This document shows positions 35,469 to 44,171 of a stretch of 64,000 nt of DNA, in pieces. The stretch's first letter is position 1; the number at the start of each line of letters is the position of its first letter. This stretch comes from Coriobacteriia bacterium (lineage in GTDB: Bacteria; Actinomycetota; Coriobacteriia; Anaerosomatales; JAAXUF01), in NCBI GenBank assembly GCA_013336165.1, contig JAAXUF010000008.1, forward strand, positions 4,538 through 68,537, given 5' to 3'. The position numbers and the translations under genes were made by a program. The notes under the pieces are model-generated. The model ran no database searches, had not been told where the DNA came from, and was given only the letters and a program-made list of their open reading frames with translations.

Positions 35469-36593
35469 TTGGCTCGATCATCTTTTGGCGCTGCACCACT
35501 GCCCGTTGGTCTTGATGTGGGGACTGACAGGATTCGAGTGGCTCAGATCAAGCAGAGTGGTATCGGCAGGGCGCTGACTGCCTATGGATCGATCACGATG
35601 CCGCTCGGTGCCACGGTTGAGGGGGAGATCATCGATCCGACGATCGTTTCCTTGGCAATCAAGAACCTATGGAGAAGCGTAGGCCTTCGCTCCAAAGAGG
35701 TTTCGATTGGCGTCTCGAACCAGAAGGTCATTGTCCGTCTGATTGACTTGCCATTCATGGACAAAGACGAACTCGCTGGGGCAATCCAGTATCAAGCTCA
35801 AGACTACATCCCAATTCCCGTAGAAGATGCTGTACTCGATTTTCAGATTCTTGGCGATTACATGACGCCATCTGACGAGCACATGATGGAAGTGCTTCTC
35901 GTCGCTGCGCAGCGAGACATGATCGCCAATGTCGTTGCCGCGGTTGAGGGGGCGGGTCTACGACTTGCCTCTATCGATGTCACTGCGTTCGCACTGGTTC
36001 GGGCGCTGCTGGGCACGGAAACCTCATGGCTGGCCACGGAGTTCAACGATCCAAGCCAGGCCTTGGGGGTCGTGCACATCAGTTCAGGATTGACCACGAT
36101 CGTGGTGCTAGAGCGAGGGATTCCGCGGTTCACCAGGGTTTCCTCTCTTGCCGGCAACCAGATGACACAAGCGGTTGCGACCGCTCTCAACATCACATTT
36201 GATGAGGCAGAAGCAATCAAGATCAAGGTCGGGCTGCCAAGTATGGACGGCACGCCCACCATCCCTGAGGGCGTCGACCCGGCTCAGGCGCAGGCCGCGC
36301 AGGAGACAATTGAACGCGAAGCGGGGAAGTTGATCGCCGAGATCCGTCGTTCTTTCGACTACTACCTCACTCAGGCTAACGGGGTACACGGTGTCCAGAA
36401 GGTCTATCTGACCGGCAATGGTGCACTTATGGGCAACCTGCCGGCGTATATGGAAAAAGGGCTGCAAGCGGAGGTGTGCTTGGGCGATCCGCTTGCGCAT
36501 GTGCAGATTGCGGCTGCGGTTGAGCACTCCGTCGTCGCAGACCGAATGGGCTGCGCGGCTTCGATCGGTCTGGCACTTGGGGGTACCTTCTGA
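35469..36593 (+). CDS. pilM: Type IV pilus assembly protein PilM (actin-like ATPase fold)
   Basis: TTG start. 'VGLDVGTDRIRVAQIK', 'DYIPIP', and 'IDVTAFALVRAL' fit PilM. The gene directly precedes pilN. Confidence 0.88.
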   Translation: MARSSFGAAPLPVGLDVGTDRIRVAQIKQSGIGRALTAYGSITMPLGATVEGEIIDPTIVSLAIKNLWRSVGLRSKEVSIGVSNQKVIVRLIDLPFMDKDELAGAIQYQAQDYIPIPVEDAVLDFQILGDYMTPSDEHMMEVLLVAAQRDMIANVVAAVEGAGLRLASIDVTAFALVRALLGTETSWLATEFNDPSQALGVVHISSGLTTIVVLERGIPRFTRVSSLAGNQMTQAVATALNITFDEAEAIKIKVGLPSMDGTPTIPEGVDPAQAQAAQETIEREAGKLIAEIRRSFDYYLTQANGVHGVQKVYLTGNGALMGNLPAYMEKGLQAEVCLGDPLAHVQIAAAVEHSVVADRMGCAASIGLALGGTF

Positions 36594-37255
36594 TGGTACA
36601 CATCAACCTTCTGCCTCGTGCCGTACTCAATCGCCGGCGCTATGAGCGGTGGTACCGCTACATCTTCATCATTGCGGTCGGCCTCGTGGCTTTGGTTCTG
36701 CTTCTCTCCGGCGCCCTGTGGCTGATGGTGCAACAGAAGACCGATACTCTGCAGAGCGCAAACGAGCAGGTTCAGCAATATCGAGCTCAATCGGATGCGC
36801 TTGCGGTGTTCGAACAAAACACGCAGACCTTGCAGGCCCGTCAAGCTGCTGTTCAGGCCGCCCTGTCGCAACGTGTTGACATGGGCAAGCTGGCCAACAA
36901 CATCTCTCTGGTTCTTCCTAGTGAGGTCTGGCTCAAATCAATCACAATAGGACAAGAATCCGGAGTGCTCGTGGTGGGGAGTACTCCACGTTCAACGAGC
37001 CAGTCGATGGATGTCGCCTACAAGTCGATCGCCAAGACGCTTGTGCGATTGGGCGAACTCAAAGAACTATCCAGCGTATGGCTTTCGAGCGCTGCCAACA
37101 CGATATGGCAGGAATGGGCCGTGCAAAGTGGATCAGCCAAGCCGGATCCGATCAATGTGGTCGGTTTCCAGATCACAGGGAAGCTAGACAAGATCAAGGC
37201 GCTTCTGGATGCGCCTGCCGCCTCGTCCACCACGTCCGGTACTTCGGGCAAATAG
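36593..37255 (+). CDS. pilN: Type IV pilus assembly protein PilN
   Basis: It has the canonical N-terminal 'INLLP' motif, a TM helix and a coiled coil. The ATGA start overlaps the pilM stop. Confidence 0.8.
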   Translation: MVHINLLPRAVLNRRRYERWYRYIFIIAVGLVALVLLLSGALWLMVQQKTDTLQSANEQVQQYRAQSDALAVFEQNTQTLQARQAAVQAALSQRVDMGKLANNISLVLPSEVWLKSITIGQESGVLVVGSTPRSTSQSMDVAYKSIAKTLVRLGELKELSSVWLSSAANTIWQEWAVQSGSAKPDPINVVGFQITGKLDKIKALLDAPAASSTTSGTSGK

Positions 37256-37267
37256 GGAGAGGGGCGG

Positions 37268-37885
37268 ATGACGTTGTCACCAAGGAACAAGGTCATACTC
37301 ACGATAGTGGGATGCGTTATTGCGATAGCGGTACTAGCTGTTGCCCTGATGCTGCCCATGTACAATGAGCTAGGCAAGTTGGATACACAGATTTCGACGG
37401 CGGACCAGCAGGCTGCGGTATTCAAGGCAAAGCTCGCTCAACGGCAGCAAATGAAAGATCAGTCTGCCAGCACGAACGCGACGTGGTTGCAGCTTACGAG
37501 CGCAGTACCGGAGAGCGCAAACCTACCTTCACTTATCATCGATTTGCAGGATGCTGCCTTTGCGAGTGGAGTCCAGTTAGTTGCGCTCACCCCCTCGGCG
37601 CCTACCTCACCCACAGCGGCGGCCGGTGGAGTGCAAGCGACAACGAGCGCATACCTGATCATTCCAGTCCAACTTGAAATCATTGGAACCTGGTCAGACA
37701 CGGTTGATTATCTGCAACGCATTCAGAAGCTGACCAGGAGTCTGCGCATCACGGAGTTCACTTCTACTGTGTCGGACAACGATACGCAGGCCAAGAAGGC
37801 AAATGCGACGTTGCCCGATTACTTCGAGGCAACCTCAATCAAGATCGAGGTCTATATGATTTCGGCGTCTGCGACGGGGAAGTAG
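37268..37885 (+). CDS. pilO: Type IV pilus assembly protein PilO
   Basis: A TM helix is followed by the coiled coil 'LGKLDTQISTADQQAAVFKAKLAQRQQ' and a C-terminal ferredoxin-like region 'IPVQLEIIGTWSDTVDYLQRIQKL'. The gene sits in the position after pilN. Confidence 0.72.
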   Translation: MTLSPRNKVILTIVGCVIAIAVLAVALMLPMYNELGKLDTQISTADQQAAVFKAKLAQRQQMKDQSASTNATWLQLTSAVPESANLPSLIIDLQDAAFASGVQLVALTPSAPTSPTAAAGGVQATTSAYLIIPVQLEIIGTWSDTVDYLQRIQKLTRSLRITEFTSTVSDNDTQAKKANATLPDYFEATSIKIEVYMISASATGK

Positions 37886-37894
37886 GGGCAGACG

Positions 37895-38455
37895 ATGACT
37901 GACACGAACTTCACCGATGTGCAGCAAACTGCCAGGCCTGCCGGCTTCTTCTCGACTTCAACCGGCAAGGTCGTGTTGGTTGCGATCGTCGCGGTTGTGC
38001 TGCTTGCCGCCGTTGGTGTCGCAGCCTACATGTTTCTGATTGGCACGCTTGCTCCCAGCAGTTCGACTGGCGGTTCTCCTCAAGTCACCGTTACCTCAAC
38101 GGTTACTTCGGGCACTGCCGGTTCTGCGTCTGCACCAGCCGAGCCGCCTCTATCGGAAACCTTCATCCTGCGAAACGTCTTCGCACCAACAGTGAAGCCA
38201 TCCATTGTTGCGGCCCCTACCGGCGGAGGTTCGTCTGTTACCGTTCCGACCAACACACTGTATCTGGTGAGTACTCAGCTGACGCCAACGAAGACGGCGA
38301 CCTTCATCTGGAACAACGTCACGTATGTGGTTGCGGAGGGTGGTCAGGTAGGCACTTCTCCATGGAAGGTGCTGACCATAAGCGAGGGTTCTGTGCTGAT
38401 GTTGTACGGCGACTCCCAGGTGACGCTGACATCCGGGCAGAGTGTCGGCAAATAA
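37895..38455 (+). CDS. Single-pass membrane protein with a PilP/GspC-HR-like C-terminal beta domain (tentative)
   Basis: The TM helix is 'VVLVAIVAVVLLAAVGVAAYMFLI', followed by an S/T/G/P-rich linker. The C-terminal 'ATFIWNNVTYVVAEGGQVGTSPWKVLTISEGSVLMLYGDSQVTL' resembles the PilP beta-sandwich pattern. The gene occupies the pilP slot after pilO. Confidence 0.4.
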   Translation: MTDTNFTDVQQTARPAGFFSTSTGKVVLVAIVAVVLLAAVGVAAYMFLIGTLAPSSSTGGSPQVTVTSTVTSGTAGSASAPAEPPLSETFILRNVFAPTVKPSIVAAPTGGGSSVTVPTNTLYLVSTQLTPTKTATFIWNNVTYVVAEGGQVGTSPWKVLTISEGSVLMLYGDSQVTLTSGQSVGK

Positions 38456-38530
38456 GGACGCTGATTGCTCGGCCCGCGCCTTTCTGGTCGAAGCCGGCTT
38501 GAGTTCGGTTCGTTTCAGAGAGGTCACGGC

Positions 38531-39682
38531 ATGCAGCACATAACAGCCGGCGAATCACACGGTCCCTGTCTGACCACCATTGTCACCGGCGTGCCCGCTG
38601 GGATCTCCTTGACGTGCGCGGACATCGATCACGATCTCGCACGTCGGCAACGTGGCTACGGCCGCGGCGGACGTCAGTCCATCGAATCCGATCACGGGCG
38701 AGTGACTTCCGGAGTGCGTTTTGGGCGCACAATCGGGAGTCCCATCGCAATCGTTATCGAGAATTGCGACTGGAGCAACTGGACTGAGATCATGTCACAT
38801 TCCGGGGAGAAGTCGGCAGGCACTCGCGTGACTCAACCGCGTCCGGGGCACGCGGATCTTGCGGGGATTCTCAAGACCGGTTCCGATGACGTGCGCGATG
38901 TCCTCGAGAGAGCCAGTGCCAGAGAGACCGCAGCGCGCGTGGCTGCGGGAGCTGTTGCAAAGGCATTCCTGAGGGAACTCGGCGTTCAGATCGCCTCATA
39001 TGTGCAGGCCATAGGTTCCGTCACGATGCCGGCAGTTGAGGACCCTGCCTCTCTTGCTGAAGCCTCCATCGAGGAAAGCGAGCTCCGCTGTCCCGACGGC
39101 CCGACCACAGAACTCATGAAGGCTGCAATTGACGCTGCGCGGGAGGCAGGAGAGTCTCTCGGAGGCGTGTTCGTTGTGACTGCCACTGGGTTGGTGCCCG
39201 GGATAGGTACCTATGCCGAGGCGGCTCGCAGGCTGGATGCGCAGATCGCAGCCGCCATCATGTCGATTCCTGCGATCAAGGCGGTCGAGATAGGCGACGG
39301 GTTCGCGCTTGCAGCTGTTGTCGGCAGCAAGGCGCATGATGAGATCCATTATTCTCAGGAGCGCGGCTACCACAGATACACCAACCACGCGGGCGGTCTT
39401 GAGGGTGGAATGACGAATGGGGAGACCTTGGTCGTACGCGCGGCCATGAAACCCATCCCCACGCTGATGCGACCGCTTGCAAGCGTCGACATTGACACGC
39501 ACGAAGCGGTGGATGCCAGCAGGGAACGCAGTGACGTATGTGCAGTTCCGGCTGCGGCTGTTGTCGCCGAAGCAGAACTCGCTCTAGTGCTTGCCCAAGC
39601 ATACGTCGATAAATTTGGCGGGGATGCGATGGTCGATATCATCGCTGCGCGTGATGCGTATCTTGCAAGGATCGCCCGATGA
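38531..39682 (+). CDS. aroC: Chorismate synthase
   Basis: ORF 38465..39682 trimmed to ATG 38531. Shows 'TAGESHGP', 'RPGHADL', and 'GGLEGGMTNGE'. Confidence 0.95.
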   Translation: MQHITAGESHGPCLTTIVTGVPAGISLTCADIDHDLARRQRGYGRGGRQSIESDHGRVTSGVRFGRTIGSPIAIVIENCDWSNWTEIMSHSGEKSAGTRVTQPRPGHADLAGILKTGSDDVRDVLERASARETAARVAAGAVAKAFLRELGVQIASYVQAIGSVTMPAVEDPASLAEASIEESELRCPDGPTTELMKAAIDAAREAGESLGGVFVVTATGLVPGIGTYAEAARRLDAQIAAAIMSIPAIKAVEIGDGFALAAVVGSKAHDEIHYSQERGYHRYTNHAGGLEGGMTNGETLVVRAAMKPIPTLMRPLASVDIDTHEAVDASRERSDVCAVPAAAVVAEAELALVLAQAYVDKFGGDAMVDIIAARDAYLARIAR

Positions 39683-40194
39683 GCCATGTGTTCCTCATAG
39701 GGTTCATGGGTGCGGGAAAATCCACCGTTGCTCGGGAAGTGGGAGAGAGACTGGATCGTCCGGTGGTCGATCTCGACCGAGTTGTGGAATCGAGCTCCGG
39801 ATACACGATTCCTGAAATCTTTGAGAGCGCCGGAGAGCAGGGGTTCCGCGCATTGGAGTCTGCCGCGTTGGCTGAGCTTGCTGATGCGCCTGCCAGTATC
39901 GTCGCATGTGGCGGAGGTATCGTCATATCGGATGAGAACCGCGTTGCCCTGAAGCGCCAAGGCTCCGTCATCTATCTGCGGGTGAGTCCGGAAGAGACAC
40001 TAGCCCGTGTGGGCGCGGACAAGTCCCGTCCGCTTCTGTCCGGTCCAGAAGGTGAGCTCGCGGCTGCCCGGCTCTTGGATTCCAGGGAGACACTCTACGC
40101 GGCCGTGGCCGATGCGACGATCGAGACGGTGGGTCTTTCGATGCACGAAGTTGCAGACGCTGCGGTCCAAGCCATCAAGGAGCGTGGATTGTGA
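39679..40194 (+). CDS. aroK: Shikimate kinase
   Basis: 'LIGFMGAGKSTVAR' (P-loop), 'FRALES', and 'VACGGG'. The ATGA start overlaps the aroC stop. Confidence 0.9.
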   Translation: MSHVFLIGFMGAGKSTVAREVGERLDRPVVDLDRVVESSSGYTIPEIFESAGEQGFRALESAALAELADAPASIVACGGGIVISDENRVALKRQGSVIYLRVSPEETLARVGADKSRPLLSGPEGELAAARLLDSRETLYAAVADATIETVGLSMHEVADAAVQAIKERGL

Positions 40195-41297
40195 CGATTT
40201 CGAGTATCGTCCACGTTGAGGTTCCGCACGCCGATTACGACGTCACCGTCGGAATCGGCTTGCTGGGCGAACTGGGCGCACGAGTTCGCGCGGTTTCCTC
40301 GGCGAAGCGCGTTGCCCTGGTCAGCGATTCCACGGTGGCCGCTCTCTATGGGCTCAGGGTCGATGCGGAGCTTGCCCGTGGAGGGTTTGAGGTGTTTCCA
40401 CTTTCGATTCAGCCAGGAGAGGGATCCAAGAGCTGGCTTGTCGTCGGCGAACTCCTCGAGGCTATGGCGGAGGTCGGTTTGGATCGTACCGACATCGTGG
40501 TCGCTCTGGGCGGCGGGGTGATTGGCGACGTCGCGGGCTTTGCGGCGGCCACGTATTTGCGCGGGATCGACTTCGTCCAGGTTCCCACTTCGCTGTTAGC
40601 TCAGGTGGATTCGTCGGTTGGGGGCAAGACAGGTGTCGACCTGCGTGCAGGAAAGAACCTCGCCGGCGCATTCAAGCAGCCGCGTGCGGTGGTCGCAGAT
40701 GTTGCGCTGCTCGAATCCCTGCCACAAGCCGAGTGGGCGAATGGTTTCGCAGAGGTCGTGAAGGGTGCGTTCATCGAAGGCGAGGCGTTCGTTTCATGGC
40801 TCGAACATCACTGCGATGAGCTTGTTTGTCATGATCAGAGTGCAGTTGCCGATGCGGTCTCGCGTTGCGTGCGATTCAAGTCGAGGGTCGTGTCTTCCGA
40901 TGAGAGGGAGACAGGGCTGCGAGAGTGCCTGAACTACGGACACACCCTGGGTCATGCGATCGAGAAGGTCGCCGGCTATGGTGTGGTCTCACACGGCGTC
41001 GCTGTTGCGGAGGGTATGCGGTTCGCAGCGCGACTTTCAGTAGAGGTATGCGGCACGAGCCGGGAGTTTGTGGAGCGGCAGGACAGACTGCTGGATGCAT
41101 TCGGTCTTCCGGCAGCTACAATGAACATTGAGGCAAACGAGTTGTTCGACGCAATGCGTGCTGACAAGAAAGTCCGCGCGGGGATGGTGCGGTTCGTGCT
41201 GCCGGAGAGGGCAGGGTCTTGGAGATGCTGTCCGGTCGAGGACAAAGTGATTCTGCAGCATCTGCGAGCGTGGGCTGCTTCGAAGAGAAGAGGGTGA
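40191..41297 (+). CDS. aroB: 3-dehydroquinate synthase
   Basis: '[45 protein letters not shown]' and '[12 protein letters not shown]'. Confidence 0.93.
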   Translation: MTISSIVHVEVPHADYDVTVGIGLLGELGARVRAVSSAKRVALVSDSTVAALYGLRVDAELARGGFEVFPLSIQPGEGSKSWLVVGELLEAMAEVGLDRTDIVVALGGGVIGDVAGFAAATYLRGIDFVQVPTSLLAQVDSSVGGKTGVDLRAGKNLAGAFKQPRAVVADVALLESLPQAEWANGFAEVVKGAFIEGEAFVSWLEHHCDELVCHDQSAVADAVSRCVRFKSRVVSSDERETGLRECLNYGHTLGHAIEKVAGYGVVSHGVAVAEGMRFAARLSVEVCGTSREFVERQDRLLDAFGLPAATMNIEANELFDAMRADKKVRAGMVRFVLPERAGSWRCCPVEDKVILQHLRAWAASKRRG

Positions 41298-41299
41298 CG

Positions 41300-41743
41300 A
41301 TGACCCGAGTGCTGGTCCTGAATGGGCCGAACCTAAACCTGCTCGGTACTCGTGAGCCCGAGATATATGGGTCTGAGAGTCTTGCGGATATTGAAGCTGC
41401 CGTCCGAGGCGTTGCGCAGGAGCTGGGCGTCGAACTCACGTTCCTCCAAAGCAACCACGAGGGCGAGCTGATCGATGCGCTCCATGCATGCGTCGTTGAC
41501 TGCGATGCGGTGGTGTTCAATCCCGGGGCATTCACACACTATTCGTATGCACTGCGCGACGCGGTCGCCTCAATCCGGGTGCCGGTTGTGGAGGTTCATT
41601 TGTCCAATATCTCCGGCCGCGAGGCGTTCCGCCGAGAAAGCGTGATCGCTCCCGTTTGTGTGGGCCAGATCGCGGGTTTCGGTTCTGCTGGATACCTTCT
41701 TGGAGTGAAAGCGGTTCTGGGTTTGCTTTCCGCCCGTGGGTAG
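41300..41743 (+). CDS. aroQ: Type II 3-dehydroquinate dehydratase
   Basis: ORF 41219..41743 trimmed to ATG 41300. Shows '[21 protein letters not shown]', '[11 protein letters not shown]', and '[15 protein letters not shown]'. Confidence 0.93.
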   Translation: MTRVLVLNGPNLNLLGTREPEIYGSESLADIEAAVRGVAQELGVELTFLQSNHEGELIDALHACVVDCDAVVFNPGAFTHYSYALRDAVASIRVPVVEVHLSNISGREAFRRESVIAPVCVGQIAGFGSAGYLLGVKAVLGLLSARG

Positions 41744-41788
41744 ATACACTTGACTGGGATGTTCGGCAATGGGGATGCGGATTTGGAC

Positions 41789-43501
41789 ATGAGGAAACAT
41801 GAAGACGGGTTCACCGTAGCCGAGGTACTCATCTCCTTGGCGATCCTTCTGATTGTGGTAATGGGCGTGCTGACGGCGCTCGAGTACTCCGCGTGGACCA
41901 CCCAGCAAAATGCGATGCGGCAGGGTGCCGTTGAGTTGGCCAATAAGACGCTTGAGAAGGCGCGAACGATTCCCTATGCCGAGCTGGGCACACACTACCC
42001 GGACGGCACGTATGGCGACCCTCCAGGATCCATTCCAACCAGTACGACTGTGGGCGACTACACGGTCGTGACGAGCGTGTCTTGGGTGCGAGATCCTGTT
42101 TCGCACAGAGCGACATACAAAGATGTACAAGTGACGGTCTCGTGGCAGAAGCCGCATGCGTCAAGCGTATTTGTGGAGACGGGCGTCTTTGGCAAGAACA
42201 GCTACGTCAACAGCGGCGACGTCCAGATCCACGTTCTTGATGCCGACGATCTTAGTGCCCAGATCGCGGGCGCAGCGGTTACACTCACGCCAGCCACCGG
42301 AGTGACCCGATGGGAGACTACACTCACAGACGGAATCGCCTTCTTCGGCTACGTGCCATCGGGGGCCACAGGCGTGGCGGCCGCTCTCACGGGGTGGATG
42401 GCAGACCTCACCGCTTTCGGCGCGAAGACGGTCAACACTGACTCACTCAATGACTGGGCGCTCCTGATGCAGCGCGAAAGCGATGCAACCATCTACGTTG
42501 TTGGCGCTCCGAGCGGCTCGCCGATAGCGGGGGCAACGGTAACCCTGACGAATAATGAGCGATCACTCATCTATTACGGCACATCAAATGCGGCAGGGGC
42601 GGTGACCTTCCCTCAACTATGGAAGGCAACTGGCGCCGGGTACACGGTGTTGGTGACCTATCCCGGCCGTGATAATGGTGTCGCGTCATTCACAATCCCC
42701 AGCGGCGGGTATCACGCCAGCCAGACTGTGACGATTAACGACCCTACGTCGTTCGTGGTGTCCGTGAAGGATGCGGCCACGAATGCTGTGGTGGCAGGCG
42801 CGCAGGTCACCGTGCGTGACTCGGTCAATGCCCATGTCCCCGGGAGTCCCGGTGTCACAAGTGCAGGCGGCACGGCTTCATTCCAGATCAATCAGACCGG
42901 CACCTACACGGTCACAGTCGCTGCGACGGGATACACGACTTCGGTCACTTCCACCAACATCTCCGCGGGAGTTGGCGCCGTCACCTATATGGTCGCGTTG
43001 GCGCCGCCGACCTATCTCAGGGTGACGTGCAAGGACAGCGTGTCGAACCTTCCCATCGCAGGGGCGAGCGTCACGGTGGGCAGTACAACGCTGACCACCG
43101 ATAGTAGCGGGAACGCCCTCTTCACAATCACGGCAACGGGTACGTATGCCATCAATGCGACTGCGAGCGGCTACCAAGGCTACTCGGGATCGCAGTATGT
43201 TGCATTGGGCTCGGGCACAGTAGCCCATTCGGCGAGCATGGTTCCGGCGCCGACAACGGGGTCACTGCGAGTGCATGTTACGCGTTGGTGGGACGGGGAT
43301 CCTCGAGACGATGTGCAGGTGACCCTTTACAGGGGTAACACGCAGGTAGCAACTCAGAGGACGGATAGCGATGGTTACACCACTTTCACTAATCTCGCCC
43401 CTGGTACGAACTATAGAGTCAGGAGAACCAACTACAACACCTATTTCGGCTACTTCACCGTGACCGCCGGCTTGACCACGACCGCCGAAGTGAGCTGGTG
43501 A
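41789..43501 (+). CDS. Large pilin-like protein: prepilin-type N-terminus plus about five carboxypeptidase-regulatory-like beta-sandwich repeats (candidate pilus adhesin)
   Basis: ORF 41750..43501 trimmed to ATG 41789. The leader is 'MRKHEDG', then 'FTVAEVLISLAILLIVV' (Glu at +5). Five modules then recur with the pattern 'AGA.VT(L/V)...G.A.F..(L/I)..G.Y.V'. Examples are 'AGAQVTVRD...GTASFQINQTGTYTVTVAATGY' and 'AGASVTVGS...GNALFTITATGTYAINATASGY'. Confidence 0.78.
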   Translation: MRKHEDGFTVAEVLISLAILLIVVMGVLTALEYSAWTTQQNAMRQGAVELANKTLEKARTIPYAELGTHYPDGTYGDPPGSIPTSTTVGDYTVVTSVSWVRDPVSHRATYKDVQVTVSWQKPHASSVFVETGVFGKNSYVNSGDVQIHVLDADDLSAQIAGAAVTLTPATGVTRWETTLTDGIAFFGYVPSGATGVAAALTGWMADLTAFGAKTVNTDSLNDWALLMQRESDATIYVVGAPSGSPIAGATVTLTNNERSLIYYGTSNAAGAVTFPQLWKATGAGYTVLVTYPGRDNGVASFTIPSGGYHASQTVTINDPTSFVVSVKDAATNAVVAGAQVTVRDSVNAHVPGSPGVTSAGGTASFQINQTGTYTVTVAATGYTTSVTSTNISAGVGAVTYMVALAPPTYLRVTCKDSVSNLPIAGASVTVGSTTLTTDSSGNALFTITATGTYAINATASGYQGYSGSQYVALGSGTVAHSASMVPAPTTGSLRVHVTRWWDGDPRDDVQVTLYRGNTQVATQRTDSDGYTTFTNLAPGTNYRVRRTNYNTYFGYFTVTAGLTTTAEVSW

Positions 43502-44154
43502 GTCGATTGACAATCAGGTGGCGCGAGCGCAAAGGCGAATTGGGCGGCGACGCGGGGTTCACCCTAGTCGAGTTGATGATTGCGGTCAGCTTGCTTTCGC
43601 TCGTGTTGGCGACTGCGTATATGGTTCTCAATAGTGTCAGTTCGATGAGTGACCGCGTCTCGGCTCGCGAGATGGCAGCATCCAGTGCGAACTTGGCGAT
43701 CGAGCGAATGACGCGTGAACTCCGGCAGGCGCAGGAGTTGTCAACCGCCGAGGGTGCCGGGGTCTTCAGATACAACGAGCCGCAACGTGCATCGTTCTAT
43801 ATTGACTTAGATCACAACGGCACGCCGGAACGCGTGACCTACTACGTCTCGGGAACCACGCTCTATCGGACGGTCGCCGTAGCTACGATCACGTATCCGG
43901 GCGCGGGGAACTTCGGTGCCGATAGCGCTCCAACGGCGGTGCTGAGTGGCTTGGATCCGGGGTGGACGCCCAATGTGTTTGTCTACTACGACAACAGCAG
44001 TGTTCCGGCCGTGGTCAGCTCCGCGAATCCGGACGAGGTTTCGGCGGTCGAAATCACCGTCGTCGCACAGGGACGATCCGGATCCATCACCGCCTCTGCC
44101 ACGAGCACGACCTGGGTCAGGATTCGCTCAGTTCATAACGACATCGCTTACTAA
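43498..44154 (+). CDS. Minor pilin (prepilin-type N-terminal cleavage/methylation domain)
   Basis: 'GDAG' followed by 'FTLVELMIAVSLLSLVLATAYMVL' (Glu at +5). The start overlaps the upstream gene's stop (GTGA). Confidence 0.75.
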   Translation: MSRLTIRWRERKGELGGDAGFTLVELMIAVSLLSLVLATAYMVLNSVSSMSDRVSAREMAASSANLAIERMTRELRQAQELSTAEGAGVFRYNEPQRASFYIDLDHNGTPERVTYYVSGTTLYRTVAVATITYPGAGNFGADSAPTAVLSGLDPGWTPNVFVYYDNSSVPAVVSSANPDEVSAVEITVVAQGRSGSITASATSTTWVRIRSVHNDIAY

Positions 44155-44171
44155 AGCTGGAGAGAAGAGCC

